DNA of 64,000 nucleotides from Fibrobacterales bacterium (GCA_051532055.1 JAOPTX010000038.1:21471-85470); one strand, 5' to 3'; counted from the stretch's first letter, positions 25,080-35,445 are shown. The notes: a model not told the origin generated them from the letters alone. A program made the numbers and translations.

Positions 25080-27407
25080 GTGCATTTTTTGCAAAAAAAA
25101 GGTTTTCTGAAGTTACTTCTTATGACTCTACTTTTAAGTAGTGGAGTGTTTGGGCAGGTTACGTTCTCATTTATCAATAATGAGAACGATTTAATATCAG
25201 AGCAAAACCTTTATTTTTATACAGAGCCTTTAGACAGAATGACAATTAACGATGTGACTCATCTCAGAGACTCATTTCATCGTTTATCTCCGCTTGATAT
25301 TCCTCGTCACTTGTCGTTGCCCCTTTGGACAAAATTCTACTTTCAAAATACAACACTACAAGAGCAAACATTTATACTTCATCGAATTATGGGGAGTGAT
25401 ACTGAGCTTGATTACTACGTAGAACGCAAAAATAAAACGGTAGAGCACTTTAAATCGGGAGGTGTACTTCCTTACTCTGAACGACAGATTGCAGTTGGAA
25501 ATGGAATTCGTTTTACGATGCAGGCAGGGGAAACAGTAACAGTTTTTACCCGAGTTGTAAATCATTATCTATTCAGAGCAGGCTTCATTGTCCATAGTGA
25601 GGGCTATGACAAAGTCTTTTTGAATGGTGAAAGTAAAAAGTATCTCTTTATTTTATCACTTCTTATTGGTGTTCTTCTCGTGAATGGAATTATTGCCTCC
25701 ATCTTTAGGGCAATGAGATTTGTATTTTATCTTGGCGGCATACTGTTGTTTGTTTCCTCCACTATGATATATTCTGGATTTGTGCCTTACTTTATGCCGT
25801 ATATAAATGGCGGATGGAGCAATGCTCTTCCAGTATTACAGGCAGGAATGACTATACTCTTCTTGCTTTTCACAAAGCATTTTTTACAAAAGCTTTCGAG
25901 TCAAAAGGGGCATGTTTATTTTCTTGTAATTACAATATCTCTTTGGTTGGTGACTGCATTAATTGCTCTGACAGAGTCAAGGCAACATCTTTTTTATCCA
26001 CAACTGATTTTGTCGGTGATCTCTTATTCTTGGATGATCCTATCTGGATTACTTTATATTAAAATCAATCGATATAATGCAGTACGGTATCTACTTTCAA
26101 TAGCGTTAATGGCATTTCTCCATCTGTATTATTTCGGGCTTCTTCTTGGGTTGTTTCCCTATGGTGAGGTGAATTATTTGTGGGTTGTAGTGCTCCTGGT
26201 TGCTCAGGTAACTCTCTTTTCATTCAGTATGATCCAGAAAGATATTCGTGATGCGGTAGTAGACATGCAAGCAAAATATGCCCTCAATCGACAACGACAG
26301 ATGTTTCTTAGAAATATAAGTCATGAACTGCGTACTCCAATCAATGGGGTTGTTGGAGCTATTGAATTACTTCTTAGAACTAAAAAGACACCGCATCAAC
26401 ATGAGTTACTTGACTCTGCTGATCAGGCCATGCAAAAAATAATGTCAGTAGTTAATGACTTTGTTGAAGTCGCCATCAGTGACGGCCGTTTTTTACAGAT
26501 TAAAAAAGATCCTTATGATTTCTTATACGAAGTGAGTGGAGTTCTTGGTTCATTGGAGAAGTTAGCTATTGTAAAAGGGCTTCGTTTTGAGAAGCTTCTT
26601 CCCAAAAAAGTGGATAATTATTTAATTGGGGACGCTAAGAGAGTGATGTTTTTAATTACTCGCTTAATTTCCCTTTCGATAAAGTATACCTCACATGGAT
26701 TCGTAAAATTAATATGCGAAGTTGAAGAAACAGTAGATGGATCAATAGAGGTTCATTTTATCATTCAAGATTCAGGTACAACTCCAGCAGGTGAGTTTTT
26801 AAGTATCACTAAAGAAAAAAGTACTCATGATGAGAGTGATGTTAAAGTGGCAGAGAATTATCTTTTTGTTCAATTAGTTGAATTGGTAAATGCACAGGTC
26901 TGGTATGAACCTTTAGATTTTAATGGCGATACTATTGGCACTGAATATCATATGATAATTGAGCAGGGAAAAGGAGATGAGTGCCTGCATGAAGAGTCTC
27001 TTATTCATAAGTCTCCTACAATAACAAAAGGGCTCTCAGTACTCGTTGCTGAAGATGATTTAGTTAATCAAAAAATAATTTCAAAAACCCTCGAAAACTT
27101 AAATCACAAATTTCGAATTGTAGGCAATGGCTCTGAATGTGTTAAAGAGTGGATGCAGAATAAGTATGATCTAATATTGATGGATATTCAAATGCCAGTA
27201 ATGAATGGCTTTGAGGCGGCTCTAGAAATCCGACTTCGAGAAAAAAAGTCAGAAGTTTTCAAACATATTCCAATTATCGCTCTTTCTGCACGAGAGGAGT
27301 TGTATATGCATAATGAATGTAAACGGAATGGCATTAATAGTTATCTGCCAAAGCCATTCAAAATGGAACAGCTTGAAGCAGAAATTGAAAGTTTTTTTAA
27401 GATGTAA
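25080..27407 (+). CDS. 7TM-DISM hybrid sensor (HisKA + degenerate HATPase + REC)
   Basis: 7TMR-DISMED2-like ectodomain, about 7 TMs, H-box 'ISHELRTPING', REC 'AEDD...LMDIQMP...KPF'. ATP-binding boxes are eroded. Confidence 0.88.
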   Translation: MHFLQKKGFLKLLLMTLLLSSGVFGQVTFSFINNENDLISEQNLYFYTEPLDRMTINDVTHLRDSFHRLSPLDIPRHLSLPLWTKFYFQNTTLQEQTFILHRIMGSDTELDYYVERKNKTVEHFKSGGVLPYSERQIAVGNGIRFTMQAGETVTVFTRVVNHYLFRAGFIVHSEGYDKVFLNGESKKYLFILSLLIGVLLVNGIIASIFRAMRFVFYLGGILLFVSSTMIYSGFVPYFMPYINGGWSNALPVLQAGMTILFLLFTKHFLQKLSSQKGHVYFLVITISLWLVTALIALTESRQHLFYPQLILSVISYSWMILSGLLYIKINRYNAVRYLLSIALMAFLHLYYFGLLLGLFPYGEVNYLWVVVLLVAQVTLFSFSMIQKDIRDAVVDMQAKYALNRQRQMFLRNISHELRTPINGVVGAIELLLRTKKTPHQHELLDSADQAMQKIMSVVNDFVEVAISDGRFLQIKKDPYDFLYEVSGVLGSLEKLAIVKGLRFEKLLPKKVDNYLIGDAKRVMFLITRLISLSIKYTSHGFVKLICEVEETVDGSIEVHFIIQDSGTTPAGEFLSITKEKSTHDESDVKVAENYLFVQLVELVNAQVWYEPLDFNGDTIGTEYHMIIEQGKGDECLHEESLIHKSPTITKGLSVLVAEDDLVNQKIISKTLENLNHKFRIVGNGSECVKEWMQNKYDLILMDIQMPVMNGFEAALEIRLREKKSEVFKHIPIIALSAREELYMHNECKRNGINSYLPKPFKMEQLEAEIESFFKM

Positions 27408-27639
27408 ATTTACAAAATCAGCAATTTCTTTGTGGTGTCAAAAATTTAGTCATGCCAAATTTTTATCCACAGACTTTAATTTTACTTAATTCGCAATGTT
27501 CCGTTGAGGAATTAATACGCTTAAATAATAAATTTTATAAATCAATTTATAATGAAATGACTGGGTTGAAATAATCTATTTCTAATAGATAAAGGGATAT
27601 GAGTTCCCGATAACTGAATGAGAAGCGTGGGGGCGCATT

Positions 27640-30600
27640 ATGAAAAGGATACTTTTCATAATGATAGGAATACTACTGATAGCAATACCAGCGGATTCAT
27701 TTGGGAAACATCATAATAGACATGATACACATAGAGAGGCTCATTATGAGTATCAAGAGAATAGTATTACACTCAGAAATTCAAGAGGGTTATTGTTTTC
27801 TAAAAAATCAAAACCTGAACTTTGTATTGTATTAAATCATAAAAATATAAAACCGGTACTTTGTGTGCCAATTTCACGGAGACATTTTTTGCAACAACGA
27901 ATCATTAAGATAACTCTTGATGATACTGTCGCATCGGTATTCAAAGAACACTATAATTCTGAGAATGATTATTATGTTGTTTTCCAAAAGAGGCCATTCA
28001 AGAAACATAAAAGAGCCAAGGTGGGGCCATGTATTCCTCTTGTTGTTAATGGGTATATTCCAGGTGTGAGCTCTTCGTATGAATCCCCTGAGTCTTCAGA
28101 TGAGCACCCTTCCAGTAGTCATATATTAGAGTCTAGTTCGATTTCCTCTTCAGATGCATTTTCCTCATCAAGTGAAGTACCTCCAGTAGCATCAAGTTCT
28201 CTTATGTCTTCATCCGTCATCTCCATTTCATCGAGTGAGTTGGTTAGTGTATCAAGTAGCGGTGCTATAGAGTCAAGTTCAATGACCTCTTCTGTTGCAT
28301 TTTCCTCATCAGGTGAAGTGCCTCCAATTGTATCAAGTTCTTTTATGTCTTCATCCGTTGTCTTCATTTCATCGAGTGAATTGGTTAGCGTATCAAGTAG
28401 CGATGCTATAGAATCAAGTTCAATTACCTCTTCCGTAACGATTATTTCTTCGAGTAGCGCAGTTGTCGAAGTAAGTTCAGGTACGGTATTCTCAAGAGCA
28501 GAATCGTCATCTTTCACATCAAGTGCAGCGAAGCATCCTAAGGAAAGTAGTACATATCAGAAAGTTTCACTTTCTTCAAGTAGTGGGCATAGTGAGGAAT
28601 TGCAATCTGTTGAGGTCTCCCCCAGCTCAGTAAGCCAGATTGAAGAACTTATGAGTTCATCAAGTGAAGAAGTGAAACTTTCTTTTATTATTGACTCAGG
28701 TGCAACTTGGGTTTCAAATGCACGGTATAATGCGTCTCTTGAGAAACTTGTAATTAAATTGTCCCAGCCAATTACTGTTCTTTCACAAAGTGTGCTGGTA
28801 GACTTTAGGGGGGAATCGCATAACTTTGTTGCAATTATGGGTGCCTCCGAGACGTTTTCAGTTAATTGGTACAATAAGTATAGTAGTGAGTGTGTCTATA
28901 TAACTCAAGATCAAATTAATATTGGTGCAGATAATCAGGTGACAGTTCTGTTGAGTAAAGAACAAATTTCTGCTGTAGGAATGAGTGCTCGACGTTTCAA
29001 TGCCGATTATTTTGAAAATGTAAAACTTTTTATTCCGCAAGAATCATTTGTATCAGGCAATAAATTGAATGATATAGTGGTTGTGTCGGTAAAAATTGAA
29101 GGGACAGTTTCTTTACCTAAGCTGCCACCCTCGCGACCTCCTGTCATCGATATCATAAGTGGGGAAGGTATAGCCTATTTCGAGGCACAGGATAACTGGA
29201 AAGAATTTAAAATACTTACTCGGAAATTAGCCCAACGTCAAACAGGAACAGGTGCATTTAAAATGTCGAGCATTGCCGAAAATAGTGAAGGTTTTATGCC
29301 GTCTGAATTAGAGTATCAGCCTATTGAACCGGGGAAAGTCACCTATATTCAGGGTGGGTATACCTACTTTATTGCACAAACTCAGGAAGGACTTGGTATG
29401 AGTGATCCCATTGTGATAAACTCAGATGACTATCCTTCATTAAATATTTCCATAGAACAAAATGGTTCAGCATTTAGGCTTTGGTTCATTTCGGGTGCCC
29501 TTGTTGAGTCAGAAAATGTTGTATTTGAATTTACCGTTTATGATTTGAAAACAGAAAACATTATACGCACCTCTGATTATTATACCCAATCCTATACCGA
29601 TTTTTATCCAATGTCACCAGGTACTTATTATGTTCATGGAAGTATTGTGAGTCTTGATAATGCACCTGATTTTGATTCAACTCAGTTTATTATTGATACT
29701 GTATTTACGGTTGACTCTTTGAATATGCTTTCACTTAAAAGGGATCAATGGTATATGATGACTTTTGGTGGTGGAGAGTTTGTTCCCAAAGAAAATGGTA
29801 TTTCTGGGGCGCTATTTAAATGGTGTGAAGATGATCGAAGTATCGGAGTATATGAAAAATATCGCACGGGTCAAGAATTGGACATAATTGAGCCAGGGCA
29901 AGCAAGTTGGGTAAACACTCTTGCTGATATGACATTACACACAGAGTTTGCTCAAGGGCCTATAGACGTGGATCTATTATGGAACGGAACTGGTTGGAAT
30001 CAAATTGGAAATCCTTACACTTATGATATTCCTGTGTCTGCTTTTAGTGAAGAACTGGAATTCATTACCTGGGAAAAAGGTCGATATTTCATAGCAAAAT
30101 ATCTAAAGCCAAATGAAGGTTATTGGGTCTATACGCGTCATCCACAACGAATTACAATAGATAATAAGCCCTTCTTTGAATCAGATGAATATCTTGTTAA
30201 GCATCTTACGTACAAAAAAGGATTTGATATTGATGAGTGGAAAATGCAAATTAAATTGACTACGAGTGATGACCTTTTCAGTGATGACCTGAATGAAATA
30301 GGCGTTATGCGAGATGCACAAGTTGGTTTTGATGAGTATGATAAACCAGAAATTCCGTTGCCAATTGGTGATGTTACGTATCTGTCGTTTGCTCGTGAGT
30401 CACAATTGCTTCGCACCGATATTCAAACAAGTGGTCAAGATATATATTATTGGGACTGTATCCTGTCAACGACATTGAGAGGAGGTGTACAAGGCTCCCT
30501 GGAGTTCGAAGGGATAGAGTCTGTACGGGCGTTAGGCTATCGGGTTTATGTGGCTCAATATACGACGCTTACAGAGGTGATGGGGGCACGTTTTGCGTTC

Positions 30601-30945
30601 TCCATATCTAGCGGACATGCTTATACACTTATTGTGAGTAAACATGCTCTTGATTCCAAAGAGTATCATGATGCCCATGTGGAAAAGGTATACAATTATC
30701 CTAACCCTGTTGTGAGTACTACGACAATTGTTATTCAAACAGCGAGTGATCTGACTGAAAGTACAATGGAATTCAGTATGTATCGGAGTAATGGGGAGAA
30801 AGTATACGGAGAGAGACTTCCTTATAGTAGTACTATCTATTTTGATGTGACACAATACAGACACACACTTAAAGGTGGAAACTATTTCTACGAAATTGTT
30901 GTGGGTAACAAATCCTTTACGGGGTATATGACTATACTTCCATAA
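27640..30945 (+). CDS. Large secreted protein with Ser-rich tandem repeats and T9SS type-A-like C-terminal sorting domain
   Basis: Signal peptide; 'GWNQIGNPY', 'LKPNEGYWV'; C-terminal 'YNYPNPV...YRSNGEKV...GNYFYEI'. Confidence 0.8.
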   Translation: MKRILFIMIGILLIAIPADSFGKHHNRHDTHREAHYEYQENSITLRNSRGLLFSKKSKPELCIVLNHKNIKPVLCVPISRRHFLQQRIIKITLDDTVASVFKEHYNSENDYYVVFQKRPFKKHKRAKVGPCIPLVVNGYIPGVSSSYESPESSDEHPSSSHILESSSISSSDAFSSSSEVPPVASSSLMSSSVISISSSELVSVSSSGAIESSSMTSSVAFSSSGEVPPIVSSSFMSSSVVFISSSELVSVSSSDAIESSSITSSVTIISSSSAVVEVSSGTVFSRAESSSFTSSAAKHPKESSTYQKVSLSSSSGHSEELQSVEVSPSSVSQIEELMSSSSEEVKLSFIIDSGATWVSNARYNASLEKLVIKLSQPITVLSQSVLVDFRGESHNFVAIMGASETFSVNWYNKYSSECVYITQDQINIGADNQVTVLLSKEQISAVGMSARRFNADYFENVKLFIPQESFVSGNKLNDIVVVSVKIEGTVSLPKLPPSRPPVIDIISGEGIAYFEAQDNWKEFKILTRKLAQRQTGTGAFKMSSIAENSEGFMPSELEYQPIEPGKVTYIQGGYTYFIAQTQEGLGMSDPIVINSDDYPSLNISIEQNGSAFRLWFISGALVESENVVFEFTVYDLKTENIIRTSDYYTQSYTDFYPMSPGTYYVHGSIVSLDNAPDFDSTQFIIDTVFTVDSLNMLSLKRDQWYMMTFGGGEFVPKENGISGALFKWCEDDRSIGVYEKYRTGQELDIIEPGQASWVNTLADMTLHTEFAQGPIDVDLLWNGTGWNQIGNPYTYDIPVSAFSEELEFITWEKGRYFIAKYLKPNEGYWVYTRHPQRITIDNKPFFESDEYLVKHLTYKKGFDIDEWKMQIKLTTSDDLFSDDLNEIGVMRDAQVGFDEYDKPEIPLPIGDVTYLSFARESQLLRTDIQTSGQDIYYWDCILSTTLRGGVQGSLEFEGIESVRALGYRVYVAQYTTLTEVMGARFAFSISSGHAYTLIVSKHALDSKEYHDAHVEKVYNYPNPVVSTTTIVIQTASDLTESTMEFSMYRSNGEKVYGERLPYSSTIYFDVTQYRHTLKGGNYFYEIVVGNKSFTGYMTILP
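28126..28437 (+). repeat. 141-bp (47-aa) tandem repeat, ~2.2 copies, encoding a Ser-rich linker
   Basis: Copies start at 28126, 28267 and 28408 ([L/I]ESSS...EVPP...SSSELVSVSSS[G/D]A). Confidence 0.9.
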
Positions 30946-30957
30946 TTAATAACGCTA

Positions 30958-32001
30958 CTATTGTATAGGTGGTAAAATAAGCATTCCATCACCATAGGAA
31001 AAAAGTTTCATAGAGTGTTCTATTGCATAGGCGTAGGCTGCTTTTGTTTTGTCGCTTCCATAAAAAGCCGCGACTAAAAGAACTAATGATGATTTAGGCC
31101 AGTGGAAATTTGTGAGGAGGCCAGTGACCACTTTCCATTGATACCCTGGATATATATAGGCGTGAGTAATTCCCGAACCAGGCTGTACAATACCATCTGA
31201 GTCAGCGACGGTCTCTAGTACGCGGGTACTTGTTGTGCCGACTGTTATGATACGTCCACCTTTGGCTTTACATTTATTAATGCGGTCTGCGTTTTCAGGG
31301 GTGATTTCGTATCGTTCTCCGTGCATGCTGTGTTTGGTGAAGTCATCGTGTTCTATATTTGAAAAAGTTCCAGGTCCAACATGAAGAGTGACTTCGGCTA
31401 CTGAGGTCCCCTTTTTTTTGAGCGCCTCCATCATCGCGTGTGAGAAGTGGAGGCTCGCCGTTGGAGCGGCCACTGCTCCTTCATGCTTTGCAAAAATAGT
31501 TTGGTAACTCTCTTTATCATGGTCTGTTGATTCACGATTAATATAGGGGGGGAGAGGGACATGCCCCTCCTCTTGGATGGCTTTTGAAAATGTTTCATAA
31601 TCCGAGTCAAATGAGAGAATTCGTGAACCATCGTCTTGAATGGTTTCAACGCGTGCGGACATGCCGGCTAGGGTAACTTCGGCGCCTTGCTTAAAGGCTT
31701 TACCGGGCTTTACCCATGCTTCCCAGCAGAGACCTTCTCGTTCTGGCTTTGGTTCAATGAGAAGAATTTCGACTTTACCACCACTACTACGCGACCCTTT
31801 AAGGCGAGCGGGGATCACTTTAGTATTGTTTACCACTAAACAATCTTCAGGCTGAATAAACGAGAGTATGTCACAAGCTTTAACAATATGAAGGTCTGTG
31901 GAGTTTGAGGTCGCGACTAGTATATTAGAGGCGCCACGTTCCTGGGCTTCGGTTGCTATTAGTTCTTCGGGGAAGGAGTAGTCAAAGTCACTGAGTTTCA
32001 A
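30958..32001 (-). CDS. queA: S-adenosylmethionine:tRNA ribosyltransferase-isomerase
   Basis: 'NNTKVIPARL', 'PLPPYI', 'AVAAPTASLHF', 'VGTTSTRVLET', 'TNFHWPKS', 'FSYGDGM'. Confidence 0.97.
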   Translation of the reverse strand: MKLSDFDYSFPEELIATEAQERGASNILVATSNSTDLHIVKACDILSFIQPEDCLVVNNTKVIPARLKGSRSSGGKVEILLIEPKPEREGLCWEAWVKPGKAFKQGAEVTLAGMSARVETIQDDGSRILSFDSDYETFSKAIQEEGHVPLPPYINRESTDHDKESYQTIFAKHEGAVAAPTASLHFSHAMMEALKKKGTSVAEVTLHVGPGTFSNIEHDDFTKHSMHGERYEITPENADRINKCKAKGGRIITVGTTSTRVLETVADSDGIVQPGSGITHAYIYPGYQWKVVTGLLTNFHWPKSSLVLLVAAFYGSDKTKAAYAYAIEHSMKLFSYGDGMLILPPIQ

Positions 32002-33474
32002 TTAGGGTGTCTCTTTTGTTGGTACAGTTTTAAGCGAATCAACCTCAGTACGGAGTCTCAGAATCTCTACATTGAGTTCTTCTAAACTAAGAGGTTGCTG
32101 TAGGGTGTCGGACGGTGTTGCATCATCTGACGTGGTGATAGCGGAAATGGTATTATCAATTACTGTAGAGCGATCCATAGAGCCAAGGACTTGTTTGGCA
32201 GTCTCAACCACTTGTAAATCACTGTCCTGAGTCATAGGCTTGATAGCGTTATAGGCACCTCGTGTTCCTATGTGGCTCAGTGCAAAAATCGCCTCACGCT
32301 TCACTTCTGTATGAGTGCTGCGTAGTGCTGCTTTTAGCGGCGGTACAAAGGCTGCTGATTTACTATAGCCAACAATTTTAATAGCATGGATTCTAAAGTC
32401 TGGGTCAATAGTTTGTTGTTCAGTTAAGTTGGTAAGTGTTCGTATGCTTGCATCTTTAAAGCTTAAGATGCTATCCTGTAGTGATTGAATTTTCTTTGGG
32501 TCGTAGGCAGGAGATTTGTAGAGTGCAATAATTTCTTTGATGATCGACTCAATCTCTTTCTCTTGAATACGCATTTCTTCAGCTTTGGGGCCAACAAGAC
32601 TGAGGAGCTGTTCTTCTGCTCGATTGAGTCGCGCCGTAACATTGTCGTTTGTTGTAAGGATCGCTTTTTGTTTTTGTTCTAATTGATCGAGTTGCATAGT
32701 CATTGTACTCGTTTCATCTTCTTTCATCCAGCCTGATATACTAATACTTGCATAGAGTGTGGGGGTATTAAATAGGCTGGTGTTGGTTGGTTCAGCAGAG
32801 GTGTAAAAACCGATTTCTTCATTTTGGTAGAACCACTCTGTTACTTCGGCCATGCCGACTGATATTCTAAAATCATTATGATAGCGCCATGAAAGTCCGA
32901 GACTTTGATGCCATTTTTCTTTACGTTGATAGGCTTCGATATCAATGCTGAAACCACTGAGAAGTGTCTGTTCTACGCCGACATACATGTCTGCACTCCC
33001 CTGATTGAGATCGGGGGCTATAGTTACACCAGTATGAAATTTAGTCATACCTAATATGTTTTTGGTAAGTGCGACAAATACTTGGCCTTCGAAGTCATTA
33101 TGTACTGAATCAGGTACACCATAGAAATGAGCCTCTCTTGATGCCAGTACATCTTGTGCGCCGAAAGAGAGTGAAGGTAAAAAGGTCTCTTCGCGTAGAA
33201 TTTGGGCTTTTAAAAAGAGTGATACACTTCGTCCATAATTTATACCCACTTCACCACGATTGAAAAGGCCAAAATAGACGCCGGTATTGTAAGGATAGAT
33301 TGTTTCATCATTCCCTTCCTTATTGATAGTACCATAAGAGAGTTGCCCTTTTACCTGATACATTCCGTGCCCCAAGAGCTCAGCTGTTGGGATATTGGGG
33401 AGCGCAGTCTCCATAGATGCCCAGAGACTTTGTACCAGAATTAGAACTACACTAGCGTAGCTGTACCATTTCAT
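32002..33474 (-). CDS. Exported protein: YjbH-like beta-rich N-domain, coiled coil and HEAT repeats
   Basis: Signal peptide; 'NIPTAELL...GLFNRGEVG...KAQILRE..FLPSLSFGAQD'; HEAT 'RIHAIKIVG', 'VKREAIFALSHIG', 'VVETAKQVL'. Confidence 0.65.
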   Translation of the reverse strand: MKWYSYASVVLILVQSLWASMETALPNIPTAELLGHGMYQVKGQLSYGTINKEGNDETIYPYNTGVYFGLFNRGEVGINYGRSVSLFLKAQILREETFLPSLSFGAQDVLASREAHFYGVPDSVHNDFEGQVFVALTKNILGMTKFHTGVTIAPDLNQGSADMYVGVEQTLLSGFSIDIEAYQRKEKWHQSLGLSWRYHNDFRISVGMAEVTEWFYQNEEIGFYTSAEPTNTSLFNTPTLYASISISGWMKEDETSTMTMQLDQLEQKQKAILTTNDNVTARLNRAEEQLLSLVGPKAEEMRIQEKEIESIIKEIIALYKSPAYDPKKIQSLQDSILSFKDASIRTLTNLTEQQTIDPDFRIHAIKIVGYSKSAAFVPPLKAALRSTHTEVKREAIFALSHIGTRGAYNAIKPMTQDSDLQVVETAKQVLGSMDRSTVIDNTISAITTSDDATPSDTLQQPLSLEELNVEILRLRTEVDSLKTVPTKETP

Positions 33475-34156
33475 ACAACACCTTCACTTCTGAGTCGGTC
33501 AGTGGTCGACACTTCCGCTCTTCGAGGTCCCGTAGCTCAATATTTCCATATGAGACACGTTTCAAATCTATAACTTCATACCCAACAGCGCTCATCATTC
33601 TACGGATTTCACGCTTTTTTCCCTCTCTTAGTATCATTTCGACATTTTTGCCCTGAAACTTTACCTCTGCGGGACGGGTCTTCTCGTTTTCATCAATTAA
33701 AACACCATTTTGGAGCTTGTGTGCAGAGCGTTCATCAAATATTTTATCGAGACGTACTTCATAGGTACGAGGAATATCATATGAAGGGTGAGTAAGTCGG
33801 TGTATCAATTCACCATCACTACTCAGGAGCATGAGGCCCCGACTATTAAGATCGAGACGTCCGATGTAGTTAAAATCTTTATACTCTAGGGGTAACAAGT
33901 CAAATATTGTTGGCCTGCCATGGGTATCTTTTTTGGAACAAACATAATTCTCTGGTTTATTAAAGAGAATAGTTCCAGTAATCTCGGTAGGGGTGAGCTG
34001 TTTACCATCCACAGTGACAATATCATCGGCTTTAATTTGCACTCCAGGTTCCGTTACAACTTCTCCATTAAGAGTGACGCGACCTTCTGTAATTAAGATG
34101 TCTGCGCCTCTTCGACTAGCGCTACTAGACTGAGCTATATATTTATTAATTCTCAT
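33452..34156 (-). CDS. rRNA pseudouridine synthase (RsuA/RluB family) with S4 domain
   Basis: 'MRINKYIA...SRRGAD', 'GRLD', 'LTHPS', 'EGKKREIRRM'. Confidence 0.93.
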   Translation of the reverse strand: MRINKYIAQSSSASRRGADILITEGRVTLNGEVVTEPGVQIKADDIVTVDGKQLTPTEITGTILFNKPENYVCSKKDTHGRPTIFDLLPLEYKDFNYIGRLDLNSRGLMLLSSDGELIHRLTHPSYDIPRTYEVRLDKIFDERSAHKLQNGVLIDENEKTRPAEVKFQGKNVEMILREGKKREIRRMMSAVGYEVIDLKRVSYGNIELRDLEERKCRPLTDSEVKVLYEMVQLR

Positions 34157-34159
34157 AGT

Positions 34160-35041
34160 TTACAAACTCTTAAGTAATGCACCATAGCGAAGGCCAAGTG
34201 TCGATATGGTTGCGGTATCAATGTCAAGTGCTTTGTAGCATCGCTCAATTACCTTTAGTCCGGGAATTATAATTTCGGATCGGCTGTCATCGAGTCCAGG
34301 GAGTTGCTCGCGAATATCATTTGACATATTACCTAATGTGGTAATAAGATCTAATATTCCGCGTCGATTACACTGGTGCCCTTCGACACTTTCCATTTTA
34401 AATTCTGTCTGACCTTTTTCAATCATGGCAAGCGCCGTTGCGGTGCCCCCGATTAAAAAGAGTGGCTTTTTTTTATAGGCTTCTAATTCTTGGCCAGTGA
34501 GAATTGCGTCGATAAATTCTTTAATGTCATCAGTCGGTATTTTTCCAAAGCGGTTTTTAAGATCCAGTGCTCCGAGTGGGAGTGAGAGTGCTTGTGTTCC
34601 ATCGCACAGTTCAGTACTACCTGCGCCAATATCGAGCGAAATAAAATCTTCTATCTCATAGTGATTACTGATAGACTCCCATGTCCAGAGAGCTTCATCT
34701 TCACCTGAAAGGATGTCTGGCTCAAACATTAGAGTTTCTCGGACAGCAGAGAGGATTTCTTCTTTGTTTTTTGCTCTGCGGGTCGCTTCAGTTAATACAA
34801 CTTTTACGAGTTTTGCACCAACATTGTGTATTGTTTGGCGAAACTGAGTGAGTACTTTACGAGTTTGAGCAATACTTTCTGCAGTAGCCTTATCGGCACC
34901 ACTTTGAACACCTTGTCCTAAACGACAGGTGCCAATTTTTTGAATCTTTGCTTCGAGTTTACCCTCGATTACTGTAGCAATCAGCAATAAAGCAGAGTTG
35001 GACCCAATGTCGATTGTGGCATACAGAGGTTGGCTACTCAT
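34160..35041 (-). CDS. Ppx/GppA family exopolyphosphatase (short form)
   Basis: 'IDIGSNS', 'GEDEA', 'DIGAGSTE', 'GLRYG'; start at MSSQPL. Confidence 0.9.
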   Translation of the reverse strand: MSSQPLYATIDIGSNSALLLIATVIEGKLEAKIQKIGTCRLGQGVQSGADKATAESIAQTRKVLTQFRQTIHNVGAKLVKVVLTEATRRAKNKEEILSAVRETLMFEPDILSGEDEALWTWESISNHYEIEDFISLDIGAGSTELCDGTQALSLPLGALDLKNRFGKIPTDDIKEFIDAILTGQELEAYKKKPLFLIGGTATALAMIEKGQTEFKMESVEGHQCNRRGILDLITTLGNMSNDIREQLPGLDDSRSEIIIPGLKVIERCYKALDIDTATISTLGLRYGALLKSL

Positions 35042-35369
35042 TAGCCGAGTCTTCTTTGTTAAAGAGGCGTTTACCAATTTCGGCGACTAAATCTTCTGGT
35101 TTTAAAATAAATTCTCTGGCATAGCCAACAATTTCTTCAATAAACTCTGGGTAAAAGTCGGTACTTAATTGTTTTATAAATGGTCCACTTTGGGTGCCTG
35201 GGGCATTGCCCTCTTTGAGTTCTTTTGCCATGATAAGGGCAAGTTTTATACCGAAGTTATAGGCCGAAGGCTCTTTCACATTGGCAAGAAGTTCATCAAC
35301 TCGGGCGATTTGATCATCTATTGACTCTTTTTGAAGTGAATGTCGATATTCTTCTGGGATCTCCTGCAT
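35034..35369 (-). CDS. Hypothetical protein, first gene of the operon leading to queA
   Basis: 111-aa ORF with GAGAG RBS; overlaps the ppx start. Confidence 0.75.
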   Translation of the reverse strand: MQEIPEEYRHSLQKESIDDQIARVDELLANVKEPSAYNFGIKLALIMAKELKEGNAPGTQSGPFIKQLSTDFYPEFIEEIVGYAREFILKPEDLVAEIGKRLFNKEDSANE

Positions 35370-35445
35370 GCTCTCTCTTGTGATTTGTTTTTTATAAATA
35401 TAGCTAATTAGAGAGTAGTTTCACGGAGTGATTGTTGATCTATTA

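Noticed and set aside
27463..27471. Perfect DnaA box TTATCCACA in an intergenic region (another at 25994 in a CDS)
   Set aside because: Isolated, with no cluster; compatible with chance in AT-rich DNA.
27590..27613. Sigma28-like or fluoride-riboswitch-like sequence before the T9SS cargo gene
   Set aside because: TAAA to CCCGATAA spacing is only 12 nt, and the downstream fluoride-riboswitch consensus is missing.
28119..28874. Minus-strand acidic ORFs with repeats
   Set aside because: Antisense shadows of the Ser-rich repeat in the plus-strand gene.
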